In this document: positions 42,466 to 52,506 of the stretch, piece by piece
Position numbering within the stretch: position 1 is the stretch's first letter
Layout of the letters: every line of letters begins with the position of its first letter
DNA from: an uncultured Arcobacter sp.
GTDB lineage: Bacteria > Campylobacterota > Campylobacteria > Campylobacterales > Arcobacteraceae
Assembly: GCA_965140705.1 (NCBI GenBank)
Contig: OZ223300.1
Location: 1,088,001-1,152,000, forward strand
Direction: 5' to 3'
DNA: 64,000 bases
Notes under the pieces: model-generated
The model's input: only the letters and a program-made list of their open reading frames with translations
What the model was told of the DNA's origin: nothing
Databases searched by the model: none
Program-made: the position numbers and the translations under genes

Positions 42466-42586
42466 CAATACGTTGGAAAGAAAAACAAGGTTAGACTGCG
42501 ATTCTTTAAGTTTTTGTCTTATAAAGTTGCTTAGATAAAGTTTTAAATATCAAAGTGTAGATAGCATCTTGTTTTTTAACTTATGT
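42460..42586 (+). other. attC site 1 (damaged)
   Basis: R'' ATCTAAC; arm GTTGGAAAGAAAAACAAG pairs with CTTGTTTTTTAAC; R' reduced to TTATGT. Confidence 0.6.
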
Positions 42587-42609
42587 GACATACTTAAAAG
42601 GTACTAAAC

Positions 42610-43146
42610 ATGAAAATAATACTAATACAAATAATTTTATCAATCTTTTTATTTGCAGATATGAACAATCTAAGCCTTACAAATGAAGGATGTTTATTAT
42701 TAAGCAAAAAAGATTATAAAAATGCAAAAATAAAATTTGAAGAAGCTACATTAAACAAAGAATGTAAAGGGATGTTCAATTTGGCTCTAATGTATATTAA
42801 TGCTGATGGTGTAAAACAAAACTATAAAGAAGCTATGAAGTATTTTAAGGAATCATTAAAATACAATTGTTTAAATAGTGCTTATGATATTGGAGCAATG
42901 TATAGAAATGGTGAAGGTGTAGTTAAAAATATAAATAAAGCTAAAGAATATTATTTGATTGCTGCAAATAATAATTATGCCTTAGCGCAATTTGAATTAG
43001 GAAAAATATATGGAAGTGAAAATAATATAGAAAAGTTTATCTTTTGGACAAATAAAGCATTAGAAAATGGTTATAAACCAAGAACTGATAATGATAAAAA
43101 AATTATTGAATATTTAAATAGTATAACAAATCATTGGAGCCAATAA
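42610..43146 (+). CDS. Secreted Sel1-repeat protein (cassette 2)
   Basis: Signal peptide and Sel1 repeats; ORF reads into the attC. Confidence 0.85.
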   Translation: MKIILIQIILSIFLFADMNNLSLTNEGCLLLSKKDYKNAKIKFEEATLNKECKGMFNLALMYINADGVKQNYKEAMKYFKESLKYNCLNSAYDIGAMYRNGEGVVKNINKAKEYYLIAANNNYALAQFELGKIYGSENNIEKFIFWTNKALENGYKPRTDNDKKIIEYLNSITNHWSQ

Positions 43147-43188
43147 ATTACCTTCAGGCAATTTATTGGCCTATTTTAAATGTTAATC
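43121..43188 (+). other. attC site 2
   Basis: R'' GTATAAC (43121), stem GCCAATAAATTACC / GGCAATTTATTGGC, R' GTTAATC (43182). Confidence 0.75.
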
Positions 43189-43205
43189 AATATAAAACCA
43201 AAAAA

Positions 43206-43991
43206 CTATATCTCCATCTCTAAAGCAATAGGACAATGATCACTTCCCATAATATCACTCATAATATAAGCATTTGAAATATGCTCTTTTAAGTCTTCAC
43301 TCACATAAAAATAATCAATTCTCCAGCCAACATTATTTGCTCTTGCATTTGCTCTGTAAGACCACCAGCTGTAATTATCTGGTTCATCACCAATAACATG
43401 TCTTAGAGTATCTATATATCCGTGAGATAAGAACTTATCTATCCATTCTCTTTCCATAGGTAAGAAACCTGAGGTACCTTCATTTGCTTTTGGTCTTGCT
43501 AAGTCTATCTCTTTGTGAGCTGTATTTACATCACCACATACTATTATTGATTTACCTTGTTTTTTTAAAGACTCACAATGATCTAAAAATCTATCGTAAA
43601 ACTCCATTTTATATACAAGTCGCTCTTCTTTACTCTGACCATTTGGAAAATATACATTAAAAAATGCAATATCTTTATTTCCAAGTGTAAAGTGAACTTC
43701 GTTGATTCTTCCTTCATCTAAAATATCAACAGTAGGGCAAGTACATTCGAATGTTATGTCCAAGTCAGTAAATAGGGCAGTTCCAGAACGCCCTTTTATA
43801 GCTGATTCACTAGCTGTTACATTTTTGAAGTTTTTTTCAAAAATGCTTTCTGGGATTTGTGTTTTCATTGATTTTGTTTCTTGAACTCCAAGAAGATGAA
43901 TATCTTGTTCATCTACCCATTTAAGTGCTTCTTTTTTATCAACTGCTCTGATACCATTTACATTCCATGATACAAATTTATATTTATTCAT
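43206..43991 (-). CDS. xth: Exodeoxyribonuclease III
   Basis: SWNVNGIRA, QETK, GDVNTAH, GWRIDY, GSDHCP. Confidence 0.97.
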   Translation of the reverse strand: MNKYKFVSWNVNGIRAVDKKEALKWVDEQDIHLLGVQETKSMKTQIPESIFEKNFKNVTASESAIKGRSGTALFTDLDITFECTCPTVDILDEGRINEVHFTLGNKDIAFFNVYFPNGQSKEERLVYKMEFYDRFLDHCESLKKQGKSIIVCGDVNTAHKEIDLARPKANEGTSGFLPMEREWIDKFLSHGYIDTLRHVIGDEPDNYSWWSYRANARANNVGWRIDYFYVSEDLKEHISNAYIMSDIMGSDHCPIALEMEI

Positions 43992-44008
43992 TTAAAACCT
44001 TATAATAT

Positions 44009-44581
44009 TTATTTTCTTAGTGAGTTTATATAAAAGATAAGTTGGTTTATGGTGTTTTCAAAATCTTTTATATCTTTGCTTTTTTTAGCTATAAGAAGAG
44101 CACCTTCAATTGAGGCTATTAAAAATGTTGCCACTTTTTCTACTTCAATATTGGCATTAAGCTCTTGTTTTTCAATAGCTCTATTTAAGATATTAGAAAA
44201 CTGTATTTTCCAGTTTTCAAATATAGTATTTAATGCTTTTGCAAAGTCTTCGTCATAATCAAGACTCTCTTGTAGTAAGTTTCCTAAAGGACAACCATCT
44301 TTTAAGTTCCATGAATTTGGATCAATTAAAATAGAGATAAAACTATCTATTATATTGTCTTCACAAGATAATAGATTTTCCCATTTCTTCTCTATTCTTT
44401 TTCCTATTTTCTCTTCAATCATAGTTATAACCATATCTTTTTTAGAAGGGAAATAATGGTACATAGAACCTTTTTTAGTATCAGCCTTTTTTAAAATATT
44501 TGCTTGCGAAGCACCTTTAAAACCATTTGAATAGACTTCTTGAAATGTGGCTTCAATAAGTCTTGTTCGAATATCTTGCAT
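44009..44581 (-). CDS. TetR-family regulator (NemR/LmrA-like)
   Basis: KKGSMYHYFPSKKD HTH, GCPLGN, IEGA. Confidence 0.9.
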   Translation of the reverse strand: MQDIRTRLIEATFQEVYSNGFKGASQANILKKADTKKGSMYHYFPSKKDMVITMIEEKIGKRIEKKWENLLSCEDNIIDSFISILIDPNSWNLKDGCPLGNLLQESLDYDEDFAKALNTIFENWKIQFSNILNRAIEKQELNANIEVEKVATFLIASIEGALLIAKKSKDIKDFENTINQLIFYINSLRK

Positions 44582-44590
44582 ATTACTCTC

Positions 44591-45244
44591 TTAAGAATTT
44601 TTTCTTATTGTATCTAATATTGTTTTAGGTTCACATCTCTTAGTATAGTCTTCATCTATAAATGAAAAAATAATGTCTTTATCTTTATTTATAATATAAG
44701 TTGCTGGCATAGGTAGTTCATATGTTTCATTACCATTTGAGTCTGGAATATTTATTCCAAAATTTTGATATATAGGTTTTAACTCTTCATCTAAATTAAA
44801 TACAAGTCCATACTCCTTTATAACTTTTGAATTAACATCACTTAATACTTCAAATTTTAATTCATTCTTCTCTTTAGTACTTAGACTTAAGTCTGGTACT
44901 TGTGGAGATATTGCTACAATTTTTGTGTTTAATTTTGATAATTCGTCATTTATTCCTTGTAAGGCTTTTAATTCTAAATTACAATATGGACACCAAGTTC
45001 CTCTATAAAAATTTAATACAATAAATGCATTATCTTTTAGTAATTCATCTAATGATATATTTTTATTTAAGGCATTTGGTAAATTAAAGGTTTTAGCTTT
45101 ATCACCAACTTTTATTGCATTTTGGCTTAATTTCTTATTTTCAAGTCTTTTTGTAGCCATTATCATTATTTCTTGTAGGTTTTTTGGAACTCTTTGTCTA
45201 AAAGCTTCTTGGTATTTTTTTATTTCATCTATTAATCTTGACAT
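44591..45244 (-). CDS. Peroxiredoxin-like AhpC/TSA family protein
   Basis: FYRGTWCPYCNLEL, VAISPQ, LPMPATYII; ATG 45244 after AAGGA. Confidence 0.9.
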   Translation of the reverse strand: MSRLIDEIKKYQEAFRQRVPKNLQEIMIMATKRLENKKLSQNAIKVGDKAKTFNLPNALNKNISLDELLKDNAFIVLNFYRGTWCPYCNLELKALQGINDELSKLNTKIVAISPQVPDLSLSTKEKNELKFEVLSDVNSKVIKEYGLVFNLDEELKPIYQNFGINIPDSNGNETYELPMPATYIINKDKDIIFSFIDEDYTKRCEPKTILDTIRKNS

Positions 45245-45261
45245 ATTAATCCTTTTGTTTA

Positions 45262-45279
45262 AAACCAACCAGTTGGTTT
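45262..45279. promoter_or_regulatory. Candidate TetR operator
   Basis: AAACCAAC-CA-GTTGGTTT palindrome upstream of the prx-tetR operon. Confidence 0.7.
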
Positions 45280-45349
45280 GCTTGAAATATTAACAAAAGC
45301 AAAGAACTTTGTCAAGTATTTTTAAAAATTGAATATGGGATTAAAATAG

Positions 45350-45383
45350 AGCAAATATACATTTATGAAAATGTATATTTGCT
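45350..45383 (-). terminator. Hairpin after the second peroxiredoxin-like gene
   Basis: AGCAAATATACATTT / AAATGTATATTTGCT. Confidence 0.65.
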
Positions 45384-45392
45384 AAGAGAGTA

Positions 45393-46058
45393 TTATCGTT
45401 TGTTAATAATATCTTTTTTAATTGTGTCCATTATAGTTTTGGGTTCACATCTTTTTCTATGGTTTGCATCAATAAAAGAATAGATTATTTCGTAGTTTTT
45501 ATTTACAATATAAGTTCCTGGAAGTGGTAAATCATATGTACCATTTCTATTCGCTTCTAATATATCTATTTTTTGTTTCTCATATATAGCAATCACTTCT
45601 TTATTCAAAGTATAATTTATACCAAACTCTTTTGCTATAGTATTATTTTTATCATATAGAATATCAAAACTGAAAGAGTGTTTTTCTCTTAAGTACGAAG
45701 ATTTGTCTTGTGTTTGAGGGCAAAGTGTGATTAATGAAGCGTTTAAAATTTTCAATTGTGAAACAATTTTTTGTAGGGCAAGCAATTCTAAAATTGCATA
45801 TGGGGACCAAGAACCTTCAAAAAAACATAATACTGTGTATTTATTTTTCTCAACAATATCTTTTATGTTGATAACTTTTCTGTCTTGATTAGAAAGAGAA
45901 AATTCTGGAATTTTATTTCCTACTTTTAAAGCTTTGTTAAAACAGTCTGATTCTTCTAAATTCTTAATAGCATTATTTAAAGTATCTTGAGTCTCTTTTG
46001 GGACTCTTCCTTGAAATTCTACTAAATAATCTTCTATATCTTTTTCTAGCGTAGGCAT
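45393..46058 (-). CDS. Peroxiredoxin-like paralogue lacking CxxC
   Basis: Colinear with 44591-45244 but has WSPYA in place of WCPYC. Confidence 0.85.
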   Translation of the reverse strand: MPTLEKDIEDYLVEFQGRVPKETQDTLNNAIKNLEESDCFNKALKVGNKIPEFSLSNQDRKVINIKDIVEKNKYTVLCFFEGSWSPYAILELLALQKIVSQLKILNASLITLCPQTQDKSSYLREKHSFSFDILYDKNNTIAKEFGINYTLNKEVIAIYEKQKIDILEANRNGTYDLPLPGTYIVNKNYEIIYSFIDANHRKRCEPKTIMDTIKKDIINKR

Positions 46059-46192
46059 ATAAGCTCCTTATGTGAAAAGAATATCTCTTTTTTTCACAAC
46101 AAATTATTAAATATCTTGTCAGCATTATAAAGAAAGGAAACTTTAACTTTATTTTATTATAGTACAAATTTACAATATTTTAAGGAATTCTT

Positions 46193-46909
46193 TTGAGTCA
46201 AGAAATTATTTTAGGGCTAATCACCTTTCTTACATCAACAATCGCAGGTATTGTTGGACTTGGTGGAGGTATGATTTTAATTGCTGTTTTACCTTCTTTT
46301 CTCCCACTAAATGCAATAATCCCAGTACATGGTATAAGTCAAATGTCAAGTAATTTAAGTAGAGCAGCCTTTGGGTATAAAGATGTAAAGTTTGAAGTAA
46401 TACCCAAATTCTTATTGGGTTCGATTATAGGAATAAGTTTTTTTGCTTCAATTTTATATATTATTTCTTTAGAATATGTGCCTTTATTTATTGGGACTTA
46501 TATTTTACTTTCCCTTTGGAGTAAAAAATTCAACGAAAAGTTGAGAAAATATGAAAACTATTATTTAGTTGGATTTTTCCAAACAGGTCTTTCGATAGTT
46601 GTAGGGGCAACTGGTCCACTTACTATGACTCTTTTGTTAAAAGATTATGAAGATAAAGATATTGTAGTAGCAACGGCTGCTGCTTTGATGAGTATTACTC
46701 ATATCTTAAAAGTATTTGCTTTTATGATTTTTGGATTTGTATTTTTTGATTATATTGGAATCTTGTTTGCAATGATTATAGGTGCTATTATTGGAAGTTG
46801 GACTGGAACAAAACTTAGAAATGTAATTAATGGTAAAAAGTTTATTATGATACTAAAAGTTTTATTATCTCTTTTAGCTATAAAAGTAATGATAAGTGCA
46901 TTTATTTAA
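46193..46909 (+). CDS. TauE/SafE (TSUP) family transporter
   Basis: GIVGLGGGMIL, VGATGP, GSWTGTKL; TM segments. Confidence 0.85.
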   Translation: MSQEIILGLITFLTSTIAGIVGLGGGMILIAVLPSFLPLNAIIPVHGISQMSSNLSRAAFGYKDVKFEVIPKFLLGSIIGISFFASILYIISLEYVPLFIGTYILLSLWSKKFNEKLRKYENYYLVGFFQTGLSIVVGATGPLTMTLLLKDYEDKDIVVATAAALMSITHILKVFAFMIFGFVFFDYIGILFAMIIGAIIGSWTGTKLRNVINGKKFIMILKVLLSLLAIKVMISAFI

Positions 46910-46919
46910 ATTAATGCAC

Positions 46920-47192
46920 TTATAAACCTAAATCTTCTAATTCTCCTAAATTTTTCTCTTCATCTTTTTCTGTAGGTGTTTCTTTACTTACTTTGAACTT
47001 CTTATTTTCTTTTTCTATTCCTATATTATTTAGATTATTTGAATTCATATTTGAAAGGGATTTTTTATTGCCAGTCAATGAATCACTATTCCCACCATGC
47101 ATATCTATTTTTTTAGAGTTTGAGTCAGTATAAGCATAATTAGCAAATAAGTTAGTTAGAAAAAAAATTGCAAGTATTAAAATGATTTTCAT
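46920..47192 (-). CDS. Small secreted hypothetical protein
   Basis: MKIILILAIFFLTNLFA signal peptide, KIDMHGG; ATG after AAGGA. Confidence 0.6.
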   Translation of the reverse strand: MKIILILAIFFLTNLFANYAYTDSNSKKIDMHGGNSDSLTGNKKSLSNMNSNNLNNIGIEKENKKFKVSKETPTEKDEEKNLGELEDLGL

Positions 47193-47202
47193 AAGTTTTC
47201 CT

Positions 47203-48117
47203 TTAAATAAAATAATGTAAAACAAAAAGTATACATATCATTGAAATAAGTGTTTGAACTGTAATGATTGATGACATTAAGCCCACATCACCACCTAGTT
47301 GTCTAGCTAAAATAAAAGATGAAGGTGCAGTTGGTAAAACACCAAATAAAACTAAAATTGAAAGCATCATTCCCTCTATTCCAAATATTTTACCAAAGGT
47401 AAAAATTAAAATTGGGAAAATTAGGTGTTTTCCTATTATTGCAATAATTACTTCACTTTTTGAAGATTTAATCTCTCTTATTACAAGTCCAAAACCTACA
47501 GATAAAAGTCCCATTGGAAGTGCAGCATGACTTAGTATTTCTAGAGTGTTATTTAAAACAAGTGGCAGATGAATCCCTAGAAAATTTATACCTCCACCAA
47601 TAATACAAGCGACAATTAGTGGGTTTTTGAAAATAGATTTTAACAAATAAATAAAATCCAATTTATCATTTGAAACATAAAGTGCAAATATTGTTATACA
47701 TAAAATATTTATAAATGGAATTGCAAAAGTAAGTATAATTGCAGATAATACTAAGCCTTCATTCCCAAAAATAGAACCAGATAAAGCCAAAAAAACATAA
47801 GTATTAAATCTTATAGAACCTTGTACAATAGAAGTAAAAGCACTAGGTGTTGTTGGTTTGATTTTATTTAAAATAATAAGTATAAGCATTGTTATAAATA
47901 TTGCCAAAAGAGCAGAACCCACAAATTCTAAACTATTATCAGAGTTTAAAGAAGCCGTTGAAAGTTTATAAATTAAAAGTGAAGGCATCAATATATAATA
48001 AGTTAGCTTATCTGCTTGTGGCCAAAACTCATGTGAAGGGAATTTTATTCTTTTAAAAAAATATCCTATTAAAATAAGACTAAATACAGGAATTAGCGCT
48101 GAAAATATATGTATCAT
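47203..48117 (-). CDS. AEC (auxin efflux carrier) family transporter
   Basis: KLTYYILMPSL, KNPLI, PTA...ARQLGGD. Confidence 0.88.
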   Translation of the reverse strand: MIHIFSALIPVFSLILIGYFFKRIKFPSHEFWPQADKLTYYILMPSLLIYKLSTASLNSDNSLEFVGSALLAIFITMLILIILNKIKPTTPSAFTSIVQGSIRFNTYVFLALSGSIFGNEGLVLSAIILTFAIPFINILCITIFALYVSNDKLDFIYLLKSIFKNPLIVACIIGGGINFLGIHLPLVLNNTLEILSHAALPMGLLSVGFGLVIREIKSSKSEVIIAIIGKHLIFPILIFTFGKIFGIEGMMLSILVLFGVLPTAPSSFILARQLGGDVGLMSSIITVQTLISMICILFVLHYFI

Positions 48118-48236
48118 AAAAGTTCTTTCTATTTAATATTGTATGGAATATTATCATATTAACCATAAATTATAAAGAAACCCACTTTTAAGACTCTCAG
48201 AGATGATAAAATTTTTTTTTGCAAAAGGAGAACATA

Positions 48237-49673
48237 ATGTTAGCAGAAATAAATACATTCCTAAATGACCTTATTTGGGGATCGATTTTAATTTACGTAC
48301 TACCTATTCTTGGTATCTTTTTCACAGTAAGTTCTAGATTCGTACAATTTAGATACTTCTTTAAGATGTTTCACATTTTAAGAGAAACAGCTCATGATAA
48401 AGATGGACATATTAGTTCATTTCAAGCTTTAATGCTAAGTGTTGCTGGTCGTGTTGGTGGTGGAAACATCGCTGGAGTTGCAGTTGCAATTACACTAGGT
48501 GGAGCTGGTTCTGTATTTTGGATGTGGGTTATTGGACTTGTAGGAATGGCAACAAGTTTCTTTGAGTGTTCATTGGCACAACTTTATAAAGAAAAAGATG
48601 GTATAGATTCTGGGGTATATAGAGGGGGACCTGCATATTATGCTACAAAAGCCTTAGGTCAAAGATGGTTAGGTGTTATTATTTCTATTTTATTAATGAT
48701 TACATTTGGTTTTGCATTTAATGCAACTCAATCATTTATTATCTCAACTTCATTTGAAGCAACATTTGATATTCCTACTTGGATTTCAGGAATTGTTTTA
48801 ACAGTTGTTTTTGGACTTACAATTTTTGGTGGAGTAAAAAGAATTGCTAGAATGTCAGAAGTCATTGTTCCTATTATGGCAGGAAGTTATTTACTTATCG
48901 CTTTAGTAGTTATTATTTTAAATATAGGTGAAATACCAGGTTTAATCAATATGATTATAACAGAAGCATTTAACCCAAGCTCTGCAATTGGTGGTGGTAT
49001 TGGTGCTGTTATTTTACAAGGTGCAAAAAGAGGAATGTTCTCAAATGAAGCTGGTCTAGGTTCTGCTCCAAATGTTGCTGCAGTTGCTTATGTTGGACAT
49101 CCTGTTCAACAAGGTATTGTACAATCATTTTCTGTATTTATTGATACAATTATTTTATGTTCTTGTACAGCATTTATTATTCTTTTATCAGGTGTTTACA
49201 CTCCAGGTGCCCAAGGTGTTCAAGGTGTTTTATTAACTCAAAATGCATTAATCGAACAAGTAGGACCATTAGGTGGTTACTTTGTTACAATTGCCTTATT
49301 CTTATTTGGATTTTCTTCAATGATTTATAACTATTATTTAGCTGAAAATAGTTTAAACTTCTTTAGTAAAGGAAATAAAACTGCTTTTAATATCTTTAAA
49401 GTTATTTGTATCTCTTTAATTATTTGGGGATCATTTCAAGATTTAGGTTCAATTTTCTCATTTGCTGATTTATCAATGGGATTATTAGCAGTTATTAATA
49501 TGACTGTAATTGCATTATTATATAAACCTGTTTTACAATTAATCAAAGGTTATGAAAGACAAGTAAAAGAAGGGAAAGTTCCTGTTCTTAGATATAATGA
49601 TTACAATGAATTTAAAATCGATAAAGCTATTTGGAAAGAGATTGTTGATAATATAAACGATAAAAAATCATAA
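48237..49673 (+). CDS. Alanine/glycine:cation symporter (AGCS)
   Basis: GRVGGGNIAGVA, FWMW, RGGPAYY, RGMFSNEAGLGS; ATG 48237 after AAGGAG. Confidence 0.95.
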   Translation: MLAEINTFLNDLIWGSILIYVLPILGIFFTVSSRFVQFRYFFKMFHILRETAHDKDGHISSFQALMLSVAGRVGGGNIAGVAVAITLGGAGSVFWMWVIGLVGMATSFFECSLAQLYKEKDGIDSGVYRGGPAYYATKALGQRWLGVIISILLMITFGFAFNATQSFIISTSFEATFDIPTWISGIVLTVVFGLTIFGGVKRIARMSEVIVPIMAGSYLLIALVVIILNIGEIPGLINMIITEAFNPSSAIGGGIGAVILQGAKRGMFSNEAGLGSAPNVAAVAYVGHPVQQGIVQSFSVFIDTIILCSCTAFIILLSGVYTPGAQGVQGVLLTQNALIEQVGPLGGYFVTIALFLFGFSSMIYNYYLAENSLNFFSKGNKTAFNIFKVICISLIIWGSFQDLGSIFSFADLSMGLLAVINMTVIALLYKPVLQLIKGYERQVKEGKVPVLRYNDYNEFKIDKAIWKEIVDNINDKKS

Positions 49674-49678
49674 AAAAC

Positions 49679-49709
49679 AAGTGTGAGTTAATTCTCACAC
49701 TTCTTTTTT
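49679..49709 (+). terminator. Intrinsic terminator
   Basis: AAGTGTGAG / CTCACACTT followed by T-tract. Confidence 0.75.
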
Positions 49710-49721
49710 CAAGGAAAACAA

Positions 49722-50846
49722 GTGTTTAATAAAGATGGGATTCCATTTTTTATAATAATGATACCTTTTTTATGTATCATTTTTTGCGCATTTTTTATTA
49801 GTTCATACTATATGAAAGTCTCAGAAAAAAACTTTCAAGACGATGTAAAAATTCTAATTCAAACATACCCAAAAAAATATTTCGATGCCAAAGTAATACA
49901 AGAAGTTATAAAAGACAAAAGAGTAGTTTATGAAAAGAATAAGTCAGATTTTTTATATTTTATAAAAGTTGTGACTTTATGTGTTTTGTTTTTTATGGCT
50001 TTATTTACTTTTCTTATGACTTCTATTGTAAAAGATATTGTTAATAAATACATGAGTAAAGTTGAAAATGAGCAAAACAAGTTAAAAAATCTAAATGAAA
50101 CTTTATCTTCAAAAGTTGCTTTTGGTATAGAAGAGGGAAAAAGAAAAGATAAAGCAATTTTAGAGCAATCAAAACTAGCAAAAGTTGGTTCAATGATTTC
50201 TATGATAGCTCACCAATGGAGACAACCCTTAAGTGAGTTATCAGGTGTTTTGATGGAGTTAGAAACTGCCACAAGATTTAAAAAAGCTGATGAAAAGCAT
50301 ATATTAAACTCTATAGATAGAAGTAATGAGATGATTGAGTTTATGTCAAATACCATAGATGATTTTAGGAATTTTCATAAACCAGATAAGAAAAAAGAGT
50401 ATTTCAATATAAGTGATGCTTGTAAAAAAGCTATAAGTTTAGTGGATGCAACTTTGCATAATCTATCTATAGAATTGATATTTGATATAAAAAAAGATAA
50501 AAAAATATTTGGTTATCCAACAGAATATTCTCAAGTGATTTTAAATCTAATAAGTAATGCAAAAGATATATTAGTAGAAAAACAGATAAAAGAGCCAAAA
50601 ATATATATTACAATTACATCAAAAGGTATGCAAAGTATAGTGACAATAAAAGATAATGCAGGTGGAATAAAAGAGGAAAATCTTGATTTGATTTTTGACC
50701 CTTATTATAGTACAAAAGACTCTTCCAAAGGAACAGGACTTGGACTATATATTTCAAAGTTGATTATTGAGAAAAATATGGGTGGTGAACTCAGTGTTCA
50801 AAATGATAATGAGGGTGCAGTTTTTAAAGTGTTAGTATTAGGATAA
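49722..50846 (+). CDS. Sensor histidine kinase
   Basis: Two TM segments, IAHQWRQPL H-box, DNAGG, GTGLGL. Confidence 0.95.
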   Translation: MFNKDGIPFFIIMIPFLCIIFCAFFISSYYMKVSEKNFQDDVKILIQTYPKKYFDAKVIQEVIKDKRVVYEKNKSDFLYFIKVVTLCVLFFMALFTFLMTSIVKDIVNKYMSKVENEQNKLKNLNETLSSKVAFGIEEGKRKDKAILEQSKLAKVGSMISMIAHQWRQPLSELSGVLMELETATRFKKADEKHILNSIDRSNEMIEFMSNTIDDFRNFHKPDKKKEYFNISDACKKAISLVDATLHNLSIELIFDIKKDKKIFGYPTEYSQVILNLISNAKDILVEKQIKEPKIYITITSKGMQSIVTIKDNAGGIKEENLDLIFDPYYSTKDSSKGTGLGLYISKLIIEKNMGGELSVQNDNEGAVFKVLVLG

Positions 50847-50848
50847 AT

Positions 50849-51532
50849 ATGGATAATGAATTATTAAAAGAAAAATTAAAAGATATAAGTATTTTATGTG
50901 TTGAAGATGAAGATGGAATTAGAGAGTTTCTTGTAAGTACTTTGAAGTATTATTTTAAAGAAGTATATGAAGCTAGAAATGGTTTAGAAGCTTTAGAAAT
51001 GTATGAAGAGTATAGACCTAAAATAATTTTAAGTGATATAGAAATGCCAAGAATGAATGGTCTTGAATTTGTGAAAAAAATACGACAAACAGACTTATCA
51101 ACTTCTATTATCATGCTTACAGCTTATTCAAATGAAGAGTATCTTATGAGTTTGATAAACTTAAATATTGATCATTTTATTTTAAAACCTTTAAATTCAA
51201 AAAAACTAAATGAGGCTTTGAGTAAATATATAGAAAGAAATTTCTCAGAGCAAATATCATTAAGTGAGAATTTAAAACTTGACTTATCAAAAAGGGAGTT
51301 GATTTTTGAAGATTCTACAATAATTCCTTTGAGAAAAAGAGAGAATGATTTTTTAAACCTTTTATATAAGAATAAAAATGCGATAACAACATATGAACAA
51401 ATAGAAATGGAGTTATGGCAAGATAAAATTATGACAAGTCATGCTTTGAAGTCTTTTATAAAAGAGCTCAGAAATAAAATTCCAATAAATATTATCAAAA
51501 ATGTTTCACAAGCAGGATATATTTTAGAGTAG
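50849..51532 (+). CDS. Response regulator, OmpR-like
   Basis: VEDE, DIEMP, LTAY, LKP receiver motifs; winged helix IKELRNK. Confidence 0.95.
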   Translation: MDNELLKEKLKDISILCVEDEDGIREFLVSTLKYYFKEVYEARNGLEALEMYEEYRPKIILSDIEMPRMNGLEFVKKIRQTDLSTSIIMLTAYSNEEYLMSLINLNIDHFILKPLNSKKLNEALSKYIERNFSEQISLSENLKLDLSKRELIFEDSTIIPLRKRENDFLNLLYKNKNAITTYEQIEMELWQDKIMTSHALKSFIKELRNKIPINIIKNVSQAGYILE

Positions 51533-51585
51533 AAATAATAGTTGTAAAATGTTATACTTAATGAAATAACTTAAAAAGATAAATA

Positions 51586-52410
51586 ATGCAGTATTTAAAA
51601 AGACACTGGAACAAACTTTTAATTTTACTTTTTTCTTTTGCAATAATATTTTTTGCCTTTTCTTATGTATTAGATATAAAAGGTAAAGAATTAGTTGATA
51701 AAAGTTTTAGCCAATCTGTTGTTGTTTTTGGTAGTGCAAAAGCTCTAAATGCTGTAATCTCATTAGCACAAGGAACAGAACTAGATTTGCCTTTTTTTAC
51801 AGTTGCCATTGGAGAAGTTTTAGATCCTATAAATGATTTGATAGAACAATTCTCTTTAGTGATGCTTGCAAGTATGGTTTCCCTTGGTATTCAAAAAATT
51901 ATGATGAATTTTGTAACTGCTGATATTTATAATTATATTTTGCTTTTTTCTGTGATTATTTTAAATCTCTGGATGTTTTATAGATTTACCAAAGATGATA
52001 GATTTAGAACACTATTTTTTAAAATCACAGTAATACTTATTTTCCTTCGTTTTGCAGTTCCTTTAATAGGTTTAGCCAATGATTTTGTTTATAACAATTT
52101 TGTTAAACAAGAATACAATATCCAAGAGCTAAATCAAGATATTGTAAAAGTAAAAGATGATGTAAATGAAGTGACTAAAAATACATTAGAAAACAAAAAT
52201 GATAGTTCTTTTTTTACTAAAATTACAGAAAAATTTGACTCAAGTTATTATGATAAAAAAATAGAAGAGTATAAAAAAGCTGTGGATAAGTCAAGTGATT
52301 ATATAGTAGCTTTAATTATCGCTTTTGTTTTTCAAACTATTCTTCTACCTATTATTTTCCTTTTTATTCTTTATCATTTTGTAAGGGGAATTTTTAATCT
52401 TGGGAAATAA
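51586..52410 (+). CDS. Hypothetical membrane protein
   Basis: Several TM segments; GEVLDPINDLIEQFS. Confidence 0.7.
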   Translation: MQYLKRHWNKLLILLFSFAIIFFAFSYVLDIKGKELVDKSFSQSVVVFGSAKALNAVISLAQGTELDLPFFTVAIGEVLDPINDLIEQFSLVMLASMVSLGIQKIMMNFVTADIYNYILLFSVIILNLWMFYRFTKDDRFRTLFFKITVILIFLRFAVPLIGLANDFVYNNFVKQEYNIQELNQDIVKVKDDVNEVTKNTLENKNDSSFFTKITEKFDSSYYDKKIEEYKKAVDKSSDYIVALIIAFVFQTILLPIIFLFILYHFVRGIFNLGK

Positions 52411-52506
52411 GTTCTAAACTGTCCTTCTTAAATATTAAAATCTGTATCTTTTAAAAAGGACAATTTAATGATAATATTCTTTTATATTTAAAATAAAAGG
52501 AATATT

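Larger units (their letters stand above)
42086..43188 (+). mobile_element. Two-cassette integron-type array without nearby integrase (CALIN-like)
   Basis: GTTAGGT core at 42086, two same-strand ORFs each followed by an attC-like hairpin. Confidence 0.7.

Noticed and set aside
48118..48236. Possible glycine riboswitch upstream of the AGCS symporter (CTCTCAG)
   Set aside because: No GGAGA or CCGAAG elements and too little room for an aptamer
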